NCBI GenBank assembly: GCA_951406725.2
Contig: OX597820.1
Span: 31,992,001 to 32,056,000, forward strand
Direction of reading: 5' to 3'
Origin: Octopus vulgaris
Lineage: Eukaryota
Length of the DNA: 64,000 bases
In this document: positions 12,601 through 26,165 of the stretch, in pieces
How positions within the stretch are numbered: the first letter of the stretch is position 1
Layout of the letters: each line of letters starts with the position of its first letter
Notes under the pieces: generated by a model
Databases searched by the model: none
The model's input: the letters and a program-made list of their open reading frames with translations, nothing else
Told to the model about the DNA's origin: nothing
Position numbers and translations under genes: made by a program

Positions 12601-13420
12601 TTCTAGGCCCTTGTATTTATGTATATACACATACACATACACGTGTATGCTTATGCGCATATTTACATGTACACGCACATTAATCATAGTTTCCCTCGTG
12701 TTTGTTATACTGTAAATATCTCTTTCTCTGACCTGAATCTCTCTATCTTTCCATACACCCATCACCACCGCACCACCCCTACACATATTTATAGCTACTT
12801 ACATACAAGGTCATATATAATGAGTAATATATCTGCGTTTTCAAATAAAAATGATTTAAATTTATGAGTTCTTCTCTGTTGTTTTGTTGTTTTCTGCAAA
12901 TAACGACGCAAATTGTGAAAAAAGTAACAAATTACGAATAGAAAATAAAAAAGCAAGCGCAAAACAATAACAAAAACTATGTCTTTTCTTAAATAATAAT
13001 AATAATAATTAATGGTTTCAAATTTAGGCATAACGCCAGAAATTTTGCGGGGAGGGGCCATTGGGTAACATTGATCTCAGTATTCAACTGGTATTTATTC
13101 TATGGATCCATCCAGAACGGATGAAAGGCGAAGTCGACTTTGGCTGTAATTGAACTTAGGACGTAACGAATCGGAAGAAATCACGTGAAGCAATATGAAT
13201 TGGTAATTATTCGACAAGCTCGTCAACACTGTGCAATAAAAATTCATTATTTTTTTGTCTGCTCACTAAGTGTTATTTTCTATTTGTTGCTATCTAGAAA
13301 TCAAGACAAATAATTACTATACTTTTCAAACTTTGCTTTTGTGACCTGGACATCGATGTTTTAAATCTGACCTATTTTCCATTACATTTCAGACAGATTC
13401 GGCGCTGACTTGCTGAAGCA

Positions 13421-13660
13421 GAAGTTTCTAGAACTTACTATAAGTTTCAAGAATTTTCTAGAAGTTTCATGAACGTTTTAGAAGTTTCAAGAACTTTCTA
13501 GACGTTTTAAGAACTTTCTGTGAAACTTTCTATAAGTTTCAAGAACTTTCTATAATTTTTAAGAACTTTCTATAAGTTTTAAGAATTTTCGAGACGTTCT
13601 AGAACGATCTGGCAACATAGATGGTAGTATAAATACAATGATCATAAGCTCAACAGTTCT
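13421..13660 (+). promoter_or_regulatory. Tandem heat-shock element (GAAnnTTCnn) array followed by a TATA box
   Basis: 10-bp period GAAGTTTCTA/GAATTTTCTA/GAAGTTTCAA/GAACTTTCTA over about 13421-13606, then TATAAATA at 13628-13635 and an Inr-like CAACAGTT near 13651-13658. Confidence 0.6.
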
Positions 13661-13719
13661 GGCTAAGAAGGAATATATTCACAGACACGTCAAAGTTGGG
13701 ACCTACATACTCTAGAAGC

Positions 13720-14239
13720 TACGCCAACACTATGGAATAACAAAAGAGAAAATATGTTATAGGCACATGCCAGAAAAGGTCACAGAAAATGAGAAAGCAA
13801 CCATACTCTGGGATATACCAATACATACAGATAGAGAAATTGAGTTCAATAGGCCGGATATAGTTGTCAGAGGTCACCAAGAAAACAATTCTTTCTAATC
13901 GATGTATCAATACCAACAGATGACAATGTGTCTCTAAAAGAAACGGAGAAACTTTCAGAATACAAAGATCTGGAAATAGAGGTAACTCGAATGTGAAGTC
14001 TAAAAAACAGAAACAATTCCTATCATAGTAGGCACATTAGGTATGATAAAAAAAAAACATCCAGAGAAATACATAACAAAAACATCAGGACTTACAAGTA
14101 TATATAACATACGGAAAATTGCACTACTCGGGACCGCACACATTCTACGTAAAACACTTTCAAAACAGTGAAAATAAGAGCTCCACAATAAACTATAGCA
14201 CATAACCAAGGCACACAGAGCTGTGATCGGTAGTGCAGG

Positions 14240-14297
<58 letters not shown>
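13720..14297 (+). mobile_element. R4/Dong-clade non-LTR retrotransposon 3' fragment (restriction-like endonuclease)
   Basis: Translates EKVTENEKATILWDIPIHTDREIEFNRPDIVV...LIDVSIPTD...EYKDLEIE...ALLGTAHILRKTL and ends in a (TAA)n tail. Confidence 0.88.
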
Positions 14298-15823
14298 CCT
14301 TTCTACTATAGGCACAAGACCTGAAATGTAGTGGGAGGGGACTAATCGATGATATCAACCCCAGTGTTTCACTAGTACTTAATTTATCGACCCCGAAAGG
14401 ATGAAAGGCAAAGTCAACCTAGGCGAAATATGAACTCAGAACGTAGCGCCTGGTGATAATGTAGATCAGTCGCACATTAAAATAAAGTGTTCAGAATGCA
14501 GTGTTACAAAAATAAGCAAAGGTGGAAAGGAGGTAAGAGATTATGCAAAAAAAGAAAAAAGAGACTTGAGTGGCAGATAAGGACGTTATAATATGAACAT
14601 ATTAAAGTTTCATTAAGAATAAATATTAAATACATCAATTAATACAGTATATAATTTTTAAAATAAAAACACTAAGTAGGTGACCTCGCTACTTAAGTAA
14701 GTGCAAGAGTCCACAAACAAGGTTTGGTCCCTGCGTCCAGTGACTCAGCTCCCAGCCACTAAGGCGTCGTGAAGGCCGTGAAGTACGTTTTGCTTTGGCC
14801 ATACTAAGAACAGTATCCAGTGCCTGATGGTTTATTGCCATAGTAAATTATTGTTGTGATTTTCACCCAATAAGCCTAATGTCTGCTTGTCAATGGCTTA
14901 TCTCTTCTTACCTCTTCATACAGCTAGCACTTGATGATTTTTGTCGGTTTTACAGAGGCCCATCATCTTCAATCTCATAACCGTAAGCTTCATGTCGCCT
15001 CATGAAGTGGGGTGATATACTCTTCGTCGTGTATTCATCACCCTTTTTTTTTTTATTCAATTATCTGTCAAATCTTGTTTTGTTTCCTCATTTTATTCTT
15101 GTTCTTCCTTTACTCACTAATTGTCTGCCTTTTTTTCTCAGTGTCCGTTCCTTCCCCGTCGTCGAATTTACATCGGGTGATAATTCTGTGAGAGGGATTG
15201 GGCAATGTCCGCTTCCGGATTCGAGTAAGAGACGTGCTACTCCGCTATGTTTCAAATTCGATTAGTATTAATATACAACCATTAACCAACAGGATCTGTT
15301 TTTTTTTCCCTGTAGCTCATCTCTCTCCCAACTCTCTCTCCCCCCTCTCTCTCTCACATCCTCTGTCATTTCGGCTTTTCGAGGCAGTCTCGTTGCTTGT
15401 GTTTCAGGGCTTACAACAGAATACAGTTCCGGAATAGCCTCGTTGTTTTAAGAGGATATAAGGACTTGCAAATTTCTGAATGATCTCTAGTCCCGATCAC
15501 ATATCATTCCTCATCAACTCCGCACTTGCTACCAGTCCATATTGCGCAATAAATCTGACAATCACTTAGAAGTCAATTTTGTTATTAAAATCATTAATTC
15601 TAATCCTTGTGTTTCATTGATGCATATACTACATTACAACCCATAAACAAATTATGCATCTCATTATGTCTGCTTGTTGTTTTGTCTCGTTCCCATAATG
15701 AAAGCTGATGACAACTACGACATCCTGTTTCACTCAAAGGACCAGACTCTATTCCACACATCGGCCACAACCTCCTTTAATTCGTTCACATAGGACATAC
15801 AAAACCTCTCTCTCTTACAATCT

Positions 15824-15883
<60 letters not shown>

Positions 15884-17299
15884 GTATTCATGAAGATGCG
15901 GCATATTGGTATATAAACTTTCTTTTTGTCCACTCTTGGACATATTCCTCGGGCAAGGAGGTGGAGCCCTTCGTCATACTCCTCTGTCTCACCTCCTTTG
16001 ATTCTTTGATTGGATTTTGTTTATATTTAGGATTTCTGTATTAGACGCGACATTTCTAAAGCGTGTGTACTTTACACACACATCGTTGATGTTCTCGTTG
16101 TTGCTGCTACTGTTGTTGTTGTTACCGCTGGTGTTGCTGTAGTTGTTTCCATTGAGACTGTTGTTATTGTTAGTGAGTCGTCAAAGTGGCTCTCATTCGA
16201 ATCAAAATCCACAGCAACATCATATTTTTTTTCTTTCGTTATGTCGGTGTTTTCTTTGATATATTTTTGTACAGTTTCTCTTCATTCATTTTTCTTTTCT
16301 ATTAATGTATTTTCTTTGTAGCTGTCAAGACTTCTGTTTGTTTTGGGTGCGTTTTTCGGCGATATTTTGTGCTGAATGTCAGATGACAATAAGAAGAAAG
16401 AAAAAAAAAAGAAAATATTCCAAAATATATTTATGTTTTGACTCAAATCTTGGCGAAAAAATTGACAAATTGCTTATCTTTCAATCAACTAAAATAACTT
16501 GACACAGAAAAAGTAATCAAATTTTGAAAAAATAAAATCTCATAAAAATAATGACGAAACGCAAGGTATCTGAGGTCCGGCATGTCACGGAAAAATCTAA
16601 ATATTTCTTTCTAATCTTGGCACAAAATCAGCCATTTTGAAGGTAGGAGACAAGTCCATTACACTAACTTCAGTACTTAACTTGTGCAATATTTTATTGA
16701 CCCGAAAGGATGAAAGTCAAAGCTGACCTCGGTGGGGTTTGATCGTAGAACGTAAAGTGTTGTAAGAAATGTCGGTAAGCATTCTGTCCATCTCTAACGA
16801 TTCTGCCAGTTTGCCTCCTTTGATTTCTTTCATTCTTTCTTTCACTTGTTTCAGTCATTTGAGTGCGGCCATGCTGGAGTACCATTTTAGTCGAACAAAT
16901 CGACCCCGGGACTTATTCTTAGTTATCCTTGTACTTATTCTACCGTTCTCTTTTGCTGATTGACTGCTACTTATTTCATCGACTCCAAAAGGGTGAAAAG
17001 CAAAGTCATCCTCAACGGAATTTGAACTCAGAACATAAAGACGAACGAAATGCCGCTAAGCAGTTTGCTCGGTCTGATAACGATTCTGCTAAGTCACCTC
17101 CCCATTTTTTTTTTACCTCAGAGCTTGCAGTTGTTGAGGAGAAGAGGGCCTCGATTACATTGAGCCTAGGGCTCAAATGGTACACATTTTATACATCCTG
17201 AAAGGTTGAAGGCATAGTTGACCTTGGGGATATTTGAACTCAGAGCGTACATCTAGAAGAAATACCACTGAGCATTTCGTTCGGTGTGCTAACGATTTT

Positions 17300-17696
17300 T
17301 TTCTACTCTAGGCACAAGGCCCGAAATTTTTGGGGGAAGTGGGGCCCAGTCGATTAGATCGACCCCAGTACGTAACTGGCACTTAGTTTATCGACCCCGA
17401 AATGATGAAATGCAAAGTCGACCTCAGAGGAATTTGAACTCAAAACATAAAGACAAACGAAATACCTATTTCTTTATTACCCGCAAGGGGCTAAACACAG
17501 AGGGGACAAACAAGGACAGACAAACGGATTAAGTCGATTATATCGACCCCAGTGCGTAACTGGTACTTATTTAATCTACCCCGAAAGGATGAAAAGCAAA
17601 GTCGACCTCGGCAGAATTTGAACTCAGAACGTAACGGCAGACGAAATACTGCTGGCATTTCGCCCGGCGTGCTAACGTTTCTGCCAGCTCGCCGCT
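17300..17696 (-). mobile_element. SINE family A composite
   Basis: Reverse complement of the 4100/46600 sequence, with junction AAAGAAATA|GGTATTTCG near 17467. Confidence 0.85.
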
Positions 17697-19078
17697 CAAT
17701 AATAATAATAATAATAATGGTGATAATGATGATGATGACAACGATGATGATGATGACGATGACGAAGATGATGATGAGGATAATGATGGTGATGACGACA
17801 ACGATGATGATGTGGATAATGGTGGTAATATGATGAAGATGTTGATGATGATGATAATAGTGGCAATTATGACGGTGGTTACCTTATATTGCAGCAAGTA
17901 CGACGTTTGAGTGTAATTCATAAGAACTAGTTACACGATACTGTAATATCCACTCAGGAGCCAAACTCCACGATGTCGACCAAAACTGCATAGTTTCTCC
18001 CAAAAGTTCCCCATACATTCTACAGTACATAGTCAGAGCAAATCCATTCACCCAGCAGACGCTGCTCGCGCCCCGCTACTTTTCAGTAAATTACCGAGGT
18101 GGGGAATAAGTACCGCCTCCTCCATTTTCCTTTTCAAATAAAGCGTGGAAAAGGTGATTTAGGATCGACCGAATAGGAAAGTAATCTTATCCATCACACT
18201 ACTTTTTATAGCCAGCAGACAGAAGAAACCTACCGGCACTGTACCATCTGAATGTGTCTGAGCGATTTTCTCAATGTGTTCATCTGATCGTCAGATTTCT
18301 CTTAAACGAGTCAACAGCTGTTTGATATAACTCAATAATATTCGGAAACTGGACGAGTATGTGTGCAGAAAAGTGTGGTGGCACTATGTGCACGGAAGAC
18401 ATGAGCAGCTGGTGACGATAATTTAACCGCTGTGTTTAAACTAAAATAGCAATGACCTTCGATAACACCGGCAGGTCTGGATTTTATGATAGTTATGCGT
18501 GTTCTCTGAGCCGAACGTCCAACAAAAGAAACTGCTTAGTAGCTCCGGATCAACTTCAAAAATATTCCCCAGAACAGCTCAAGTTTCAGCTCTGCTCTAA
18601 ACTCAAATTAGCCTGTTAGTTTTGTCTTGCTTGGAACGATAACATTTGTATGACCAATAAATGATAACCGCGTTTTGTTGCTGCATTTATCAGTAGGCTG
18701 CAAAGGATCATTGGCATAATATCGTAACTGATTAGATCATCAGCGCTAAATTTAAAATTATTTAACGCTTAACTCTTGGTAAATTTTTATCCTTCCTTTC
18801 CCATGTACTGTAACATTGTGCTGATTTTGGTTTGTATTTTGGTACTATTAATAAGAAACTACAAGCCAAAGCCAGTAAATTTTCATAGCAAGACTTCTAG
18901 TGTTTCACCCCGATGAGGCCAAGAGGATCTTGAAACGTTAATGGGGTTAAGCAGTCTTATTGTTCAAACTAAATATAAAAGACTAATAACGTAATAAGAA
19001 AACAAAAATACATTAAATACAAAAAGATTGGACTTGAAAAAAATCACGATTTCTATGTTTCATAGAAAAGCTGTTCCC

Positions 19079-19157
<79 letters not shown>

Positions 19158-19344
19158 CGCGGGCGCGCGCGTTTTTGAAAATTCTCGAAATAACGTGAGA
19201 CATTAACTATTAAAAAGCCTCGATGAAGACAGGAGCGTGATTGATAAAATATTAAAAATAAATGAAAGACTGCTACGAATATACATTTGTTTCCCTCCAA
19301 ATGGGAGGTCGTCAACTATTAAAATAACATTGTCAAAGATTCTC

Positions 19345-19382
<38 letters not shown>

Positions 19383-19504
19383 TACATACTTGCATATAAA
19401 ATATATGTATATATATCTATATATATATACACATATAGCCATATTTATACATTTGTATACATATAAATATGTACATACATTTGTATATACACATACAAAC
19501 ATAA

Positions 19505-19586
<82 letters not shown>

Positions 19587-19614
19587 CTATCTATCTATCT
19601 ATATATGTATGTAA

Positions 19615-19660
<46 letters not shown>

Positions 19661-20419
19661 ATCTACATATATATATATATACATATATATATCTATATAT
19701 ATATGTACATATATATAATTTACGCACACACATATCAAACTGTCATGGCTATTTTGTAGTCAGAAAACAATAGCACAGAAAGAAGAAAGTTGGAACATAC
19801 GAGTGAATACGTCTTGGTAAAATAAGAATTATTATTTCCGAAGTAACAATGGAATGTTAATACACTAATTAGGTATGAAAAAAAACAAAACGTTATCATC
19901 GTGAATGTGTGTCTTAATATATATACAATAGACGCAGACGTGTTTGTGGTACTAAGACGCTTGCTTTCCAACTCGTGGTCATAGGTTCAATCCCACAGAG
20001 CGGCACCTTGGGTAAGTTTCTTCTACTATAAAGCTCCAGGCCAACAAAAGCCATGTGAGTGAATTTGGAAGACTGAGACTAATAGAAACTCGACATATAC
20101 ATGCATACGTACGTACATGCGTACTTACACACACACACACACACACACACATATAAGAATTTTTTGCGTAATGAGATAAAAAACCAAGGCTGTGTAGATA
20201 TTAGAATATTTATAGATAGAAGGTCTTACACTTCTAATATCTACACACACTTGTTTTTTTTTTCTCATTATGCAAAAAATTCTTATATACAAACGCTGAC
20301 ATATGACCAACGTTGGACCCCTTATTCGCAAAATTACCGAACCTGGAACTTAACTATGGTCTGTCTATAGCACTTATTCAGCATTACCTGACACCTTTGG
20401 GTTTCAATGACACCATTAC

Positions 20420-20457
<38 letters not shown>

Positions 20458-20552
20458 ATATATATATAATCAAATTTGGCAGCGGTTTAGCAATGTATTA
20501 TCAAAAAGGAAAGCTATAATTGTCATTAAATATGACTGAAGGTGTTGGAACG

Positions 20553-20828
20553 CCTACACTGCTAGAAATAACAGCTAAAGTGTTCTGATGCTGCAGTCAA
20601 CGCACATAATTGCATACATGAATAGTGACAGCGACCATAATTGGCTGTCCAGAATCTGGCTAGTTGTGCTGACCCTGCTGAAAAACTGTTAAAAACTGAA
20701 ACCGACAACTAGAGATATCACGATTGCCACTTTCGCCTGTTGACGGTCGCATTCAGTATATATGTATACAATTATGTACGTTGACAGCAGCATCAGGACG
20801 CTTTAGCTCTTGTTTCTAGCATTGTAGG
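20553..20828. repeat. Foldback/MITE-like element with ~67-bp imperfect inverted arms
   Basis: CCTACACTGCTAGAAATAACAGCTAAAG...CATACAT (20553-20619) is the imperfect reverse complement of 20762-20828. Confidence 0.7.
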
Positions 20829-20844
20829 TTTTCTAATATTATTG

Positions 20845-21046
20845 AAATGAAGAAAAGCAGGCAACAGTTTATTATCACTACAAGAACTGGAAACTGTTTT
20901 AGCTGAAGAATGGACAAAGATTCCTTTGGAAACAATTCATACCTCGTAGAATTCAAGCTGTAATTACTGCCAAAGGTGTCCTACCCCATATTAAAATAAA
21001 TTTGTTTGAAATTTTAAGGTGTTTCCATTATTTTGGCCAACCTTTG
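20845..21046 (+). mobile_element. Tc1-like transposon 3' remnant
   Basis: Translates SLQELETVLAEEWTKIPLETI / IPRRIQAVITAKG..TPY*, typical of a Tc1 transposase C-terminus. A TIR-like end finishes TG|TA. Confidence 0.8.
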
Positions 21047-21528
21047 TATATGCATATGTTTTGTGTATCTGCGTTTGTCCCACCACCATCGCTTGACGAC
21101 CGATGTTGGTGCGATTATGTCCCCGTAGCTTAGTGGATCGGCAAAGAGTCCGATAGAATAAGTACTTGGCTTACAAAGAATAAGTCCTGGGCTTGATTTG
21201 TTCGACTAAAGACGGTGCTCCAGCATGGCCGCAGTCAAATGACTGAAACATATAAAAGAATAAAAGCAAAGATTATATATATATATATAATATATATGTA
21301 TGTGTGCGTGTGTGCGTGTGTGTGTATGTGTCTGTTATGTGTGTGCGTGTGTGTATGTGTGTTTGTGTGTGTGTGTGTTTGTGTATGTGTATGTGCGTGC
21401 GTGAGTGTATGTGTGTTTGTGAGTGTTTGTGTGTATATGTGTGTGTATGTGTATGCGTATGCGTGTGTGTACATGCGTGTTTGTGTGTGTATATGTATGT
21501 TTGTGTATGTGTGTGTATATATGCGTGT

Positions 21529-21568
<40 letters not shown>

Positions 21569-22449
21569 ATGTCTGTATCTGTGTATGTGTGTACTGCTCC
21601 CAAAATGTTTGCTTGTGCGTATATGTATGTGTATGTGTGTGCGTGAATGCACATGTGTGTGCGTGTGTGTATCTGTTTGTGTGTGTATGTTTGTGTGTGT
21701 CTATTTATGTGTGTACATGTGTGTGTATGTTTGTTTGTGTATGTGCATGTATGTATGTTTGTGTATGTGTGTGTGTATGTGCGTATGTGTATGTGTTTGT
21801 GTTTGCGTGTATATGTGTGTGTGTATGTCTATGTTTGTACGTGTGTGCGTATGTGTGTTTGTGTATGTGTGTGCGTCTATGTGTGTGTGTGTGTTCTTTT
21901 ACTTGTTTCCGTCACTGTTTTGTTGTTTTAACTGTAGGGTTAAGAGCTTAATATTTATGAAAGAGTCATGCAGTACAAGAAAGCACAGAGAGAACTAATT
22001 ATTTAGAATAAGTATTTAAAAAACAAAATCATTTTAAAAGACTAGTTGCGACTAGTCTATAGTTACGTTTTGTAGGGAATAAACCTGGGTATGTGTTCTC
22101 TGAGGAGTTATCTACAAACCATAAAGCAGTCACTCGGAAAACTTTGGCGAGAGGAGAGAGAGGATGAAAGAAGGAATGAGAGAGTGAGAGAAGGAGAGAA
22201 AGTGTGACTGAAGCACATACTGACGTTCCTAAACTTATATAAATGCAGAAGTGAGTAGCAAATAAATGAAAATTAGTTCGGAAATAAAATAAAAAAAAAC
22301 AAACAAAAAAACATGAAGAAAAGAACAATGAACAAAGGAACGGATGGACGAAGGAGAGATGTAGAAAATGGCGGCAGCAGCGTTTGGAAAGATTAAACAT
22401 TAAACAGTGAGAGATTAGGTTCTTCTATAAAGTGTTTAATTAGATATAA

Positions 22450-22568
<119 letters not shown>

Positions 22569-23173
22569 TACAGAGGGAGTGAGGGAGAGGGAAATAATAT
22601 AATTATTGTGTGTGAAGTTGCAAATTGACGTAAATTTTGATTTAATTTTGACCTTTTTACACGTCAGATCTTCACCGCCATCATCAAACCATCAATCCAT
22701 CAAACCAGTAGCTACCAGCAACCACTTAGCCTTTTCCGCGAACCACTGTAGGCTTCTGGCTTCTGTCACTAACAAAAAGAGAAACAGCAAACAAAAAAAA
22801 AACAAAAAACAAAAAACAAAAAAAAAACAAACAGAACAAGTAAGTTTTGTAATAGAAATAAAGTGCAATTTTTATTTGAAACGCCACTGTTCTGCTTCAG
22901 AACAGGAAATGAAGAAAAGCAGACGACAGTATATTTATTCAATTTTTTTTTTCTTTCTGTTGTTTTTTTAAAACTTCTTTTACACAAGCAATGACGTAAT
23001 TTGTTTTATTCCTCTTTTGCTTTGTTTTATAAGGGTTCTACGGATTTTCTTACATAAATACAAGGACACATATTTATTTTTGAAGGGAAGAAGAATAATT
23101 AATTAACGCAAGGCATGTTGTCATCTAGTGAACCGATGTTCACCACAACAATAACAACAACAACAACAACAAC

Positions 23174-23218
<45 letters not shown>

Positions 23219-23219
23219 C

Positions 23220-23624
23220 TTTACTCTTTTTACTCTTTTACTTGTTTCAGTGATTTAACTGTGGCCATGCTGGAGCACCGCCTTTAGTCGAGCAAATCGA
23301 CCCCAGGACTTATTCTTTGCAACCCAAGTACTTATTCTATCGGTTCTCTTTTGCCGTACAGTTAAGTTACGGGGACGTAAACACACGAGCATCGATTGTC
23401 AAGCGACGTCGGGGAGACAAACATATACACACACACACATACATATATATACATATATATACGACGGGCTTCCTTCAGTTTCCGTCTACCAAATCCACTC
23501 ACAAAGCTTTGGTCGGCCCGAGGCTATATTAGAAGACACTTGCCCAAGGTGCCACGCAGTGGGACTGAACCCAGAACCATGTAGTTCGTAAGCAAGCAAC
23601 TTTCCATACAACCACTCCTACGCC

Positions 23625-23625
<1 letters not shown>
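23220..23625 (-). mobile_element. SINE family B between two (AAT)n tracts
   Basis: Same sequence as 11016-11454. Confidence 0.85.
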
Positions 23626-23688
<63 letters not shown>

Positions 23689-23989
23689 GATGATGATGTA
23701 GGGCATAAACGTGAAAATAACACCAGTAATAATTGGAGCACAGGGCATAATAAAAAAAAACTTGAACAAAAACGTATGAACTAAAGCACTACACACTATC
23801 TAAAAAAATAGCCCTGCTAGGAACAGCCCACATCTTACGCAAGACAATATTAATTTAATATTATAACCTAAACAAAATAATCCACAAATACAAAACACAC
23901 TATTCTGCAAATATCCAATGAAATAAACTACCACCAGTAAGCTGGATATCCAACACATTACACAGTCTCGGTTTTGAAAGAATAAATCC

Positions 23990-24305
23990 AAAGACTTGAC
24001 TGAGGTGGGATTTACATATACTGGAAGCGCAGTGGAATGTCAACAGAACAAGAGTTAACATAAGCATAGCCCAGTAAATGTGTCAGGAAATGTCCACACA
24101 AATCAAACTTAATCGCCCAGATACTGTTGTTAGAGACCACCAAGCAAAAATAAATAAATGCCCTCTAATTTATATATCAGTCCCAATAAATAACAATGTA
24201 TTTCTAAAAGAAATGCTAAACAATAAAAAAAACAAAGATCTGGAGATGTCGATAACCCGAATATGGGGTCAGAAGACAGAAACAATCCTTATGATAGTAG
24301 GAAGT
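23990..24305 (+). mobile_element. Degraded R4/Dong endonuclease fragment
   Basis: KLNRPDTVVRDHQ...LIYISVP...KDLEMSITRIWGQKTETILMIVG parallels the 13720 copy. Confidence 0.75.
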
Positions 24306-24386
24306 GCTCCCCAACCACATGGTTCCTGGTTCAGTCCCACTGCATAGCACTTGGGTAAGTCTTGTGAGTGGATTTGGTTGACGGAA

Positions 24387-24885
24387 ATTATAACCTGTGA
24401 TGAAAAGTGGATTCTGTACAATAATGAAAAATGCTCTTCGCAGTGGCTGGACCAAAATAAAGCACCGAAAACCTTCCATAAGCCCGAGCTCTTCAAAAAG
24501 AAGGTTATGGTGACTGTTTGGAGGTGTACTGCTGGACACATCCCCTATAAGCTCTTAAAACCCGGAAAAACCGTTACTGCAGAAGCATATTGCCACAAAA
24601 TTACCGAAATGAAGGAAAACTGCTACTGCTCTGTCCTAGACTGGTCAACAGAAGAGGTCTATTCATTCTTCATGACAATGCTCGACCACATGTTTCACTA
24701 ATGACGCTCCAGAGCGAACTTGGCTACAAAGTTCTTTCTCTCCCAGCTTATTCCCCAGACCTTTCTCTCCTACCGACTACAACTTTTTCAAGCACCTTGA
24801 TGGTTTCGTGCGAGAGAAGGAGTTCAAAAATCAAACCGATGTTGAAAGTGCATTCAAAGAGTTCATCAGCTCCAGGACTCCTGGA
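24387..24885 (+). pseudogene. Mariner (DD34D) transposase catalytic-domain remnant
   Basis: IITCDEKWILYNN...KKVMVTVW...ILHDNARPH...PAYSPDLS across frameshifts. Confidence 0.92.
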
Positions 24886-25045
24886 TAATAATTATTATGG
24901 TTTCTAATTTAGGCTTAAGACTTGCAATTTTGAGCGGTAGAGCCTAGTCGATTACTTAGGCCCTAGTACTGATGATGATAATGATGATGATGATGACAAT
25001 GCGTCACAACATCGGTCAAGGCTGGTATTCCTTTAAAACCGTGGT

Positions 25046-25562
25046 TTCCAACCACTTATTGCCTTTAATTCCTATTTTAGTCAGGGTTGGAGGAGAATCC
25101 TCCTAGCCATTCGATGTCTAAAAGCTCTGATTGTATTTTTATTATTAAATATTATTAGAGTGGAGGCGCGTGGTTTAGTAGTTAGGATGTCAGCATCATG
25201 ATCGTAAGATTGTGGTTTCGATTCCTGGACCGGGCGACGCGCTGTGTTCTTGAGCAAAACACTTCATTTCGTTGCTCCAGTCCAGTCAGCTGGCAAAAAT
25301 GAGTAACACTACGACGCAGTGGCGTCCCGTCTAGAGCTGGGGAACACATACGCCATTGAAACCAGGAAACCGGACCCATGAGCCTGGCTAGGCTTTAAAA
25401 GGCGCATTTTTTTTATTTATTAAATATTTTTAGGAACTGTATATAAAATATTTAAATGTTTTGGGTGTTGTAGAAATATAACTAAATTATTGCATATACA
25501 TTTTATCAACAAAACCATATGTGGATCTTCAAGGGCCATATGGGCCCCGGTTGGGAAACACT
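25046..25562. mobile_element. Decayed hAT-type MITE with a nested tRNA-derived SINE (~25160-25410)
   Basis: Ends CCGTGGTTTCCAACC...GGTTGGGAAACACT. The internal SINE head is GGAGGCGCGTGGTTTAGTAGTTAGG. Confidence 0.55.
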
Positions 25563-25714
25563 AATTTAAAAGACGATGGGGGGTGGGTAATGAAGGTCAA
25601 TGCGAACCGACTCTGGTGAAATTTGAACTCAAAAGATAATGATACGTAACCGATGTCGCTGCGATAACGATTTTGCCAACCCACCACCACCACCACTACG
25701 AACGTTATAAAACA

Positions 25715-25880
25715 ACGACGACAAGAAGAAGAAGAGCAAGAAGAACAAGAACAAGAAGAAAAGTAGTAGTAGCAGTAATAGATGAAGTAGTAGTAGTAGT
25801 AGTAGTAAAAGAAGAAGAAGAACAACAACAAGAAAAAAATAGTAGTAGTAGTAGTAGTAGTTGTAGTAGTAGTAGTAGTA

Positions 25881-25952
<72 letters not shown>

Positions 25953-25979
25953 AAAGAAGAAGAACAACAACAAGAAAAA

Positions 25980-26068
<89 letters not shown>

Positions 26069-26096
26069 AAAGAAGAAGAACAACAACAAGAAAAAA

Positions 26097-26165
<69 letters not shown>

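Noticed and set aside
14689-14841. 50-aa minus-strand ORF MAINHQALDTVLSMAKAKR...
   Set aside because: Short, with no recognisable motif; expected by chance.
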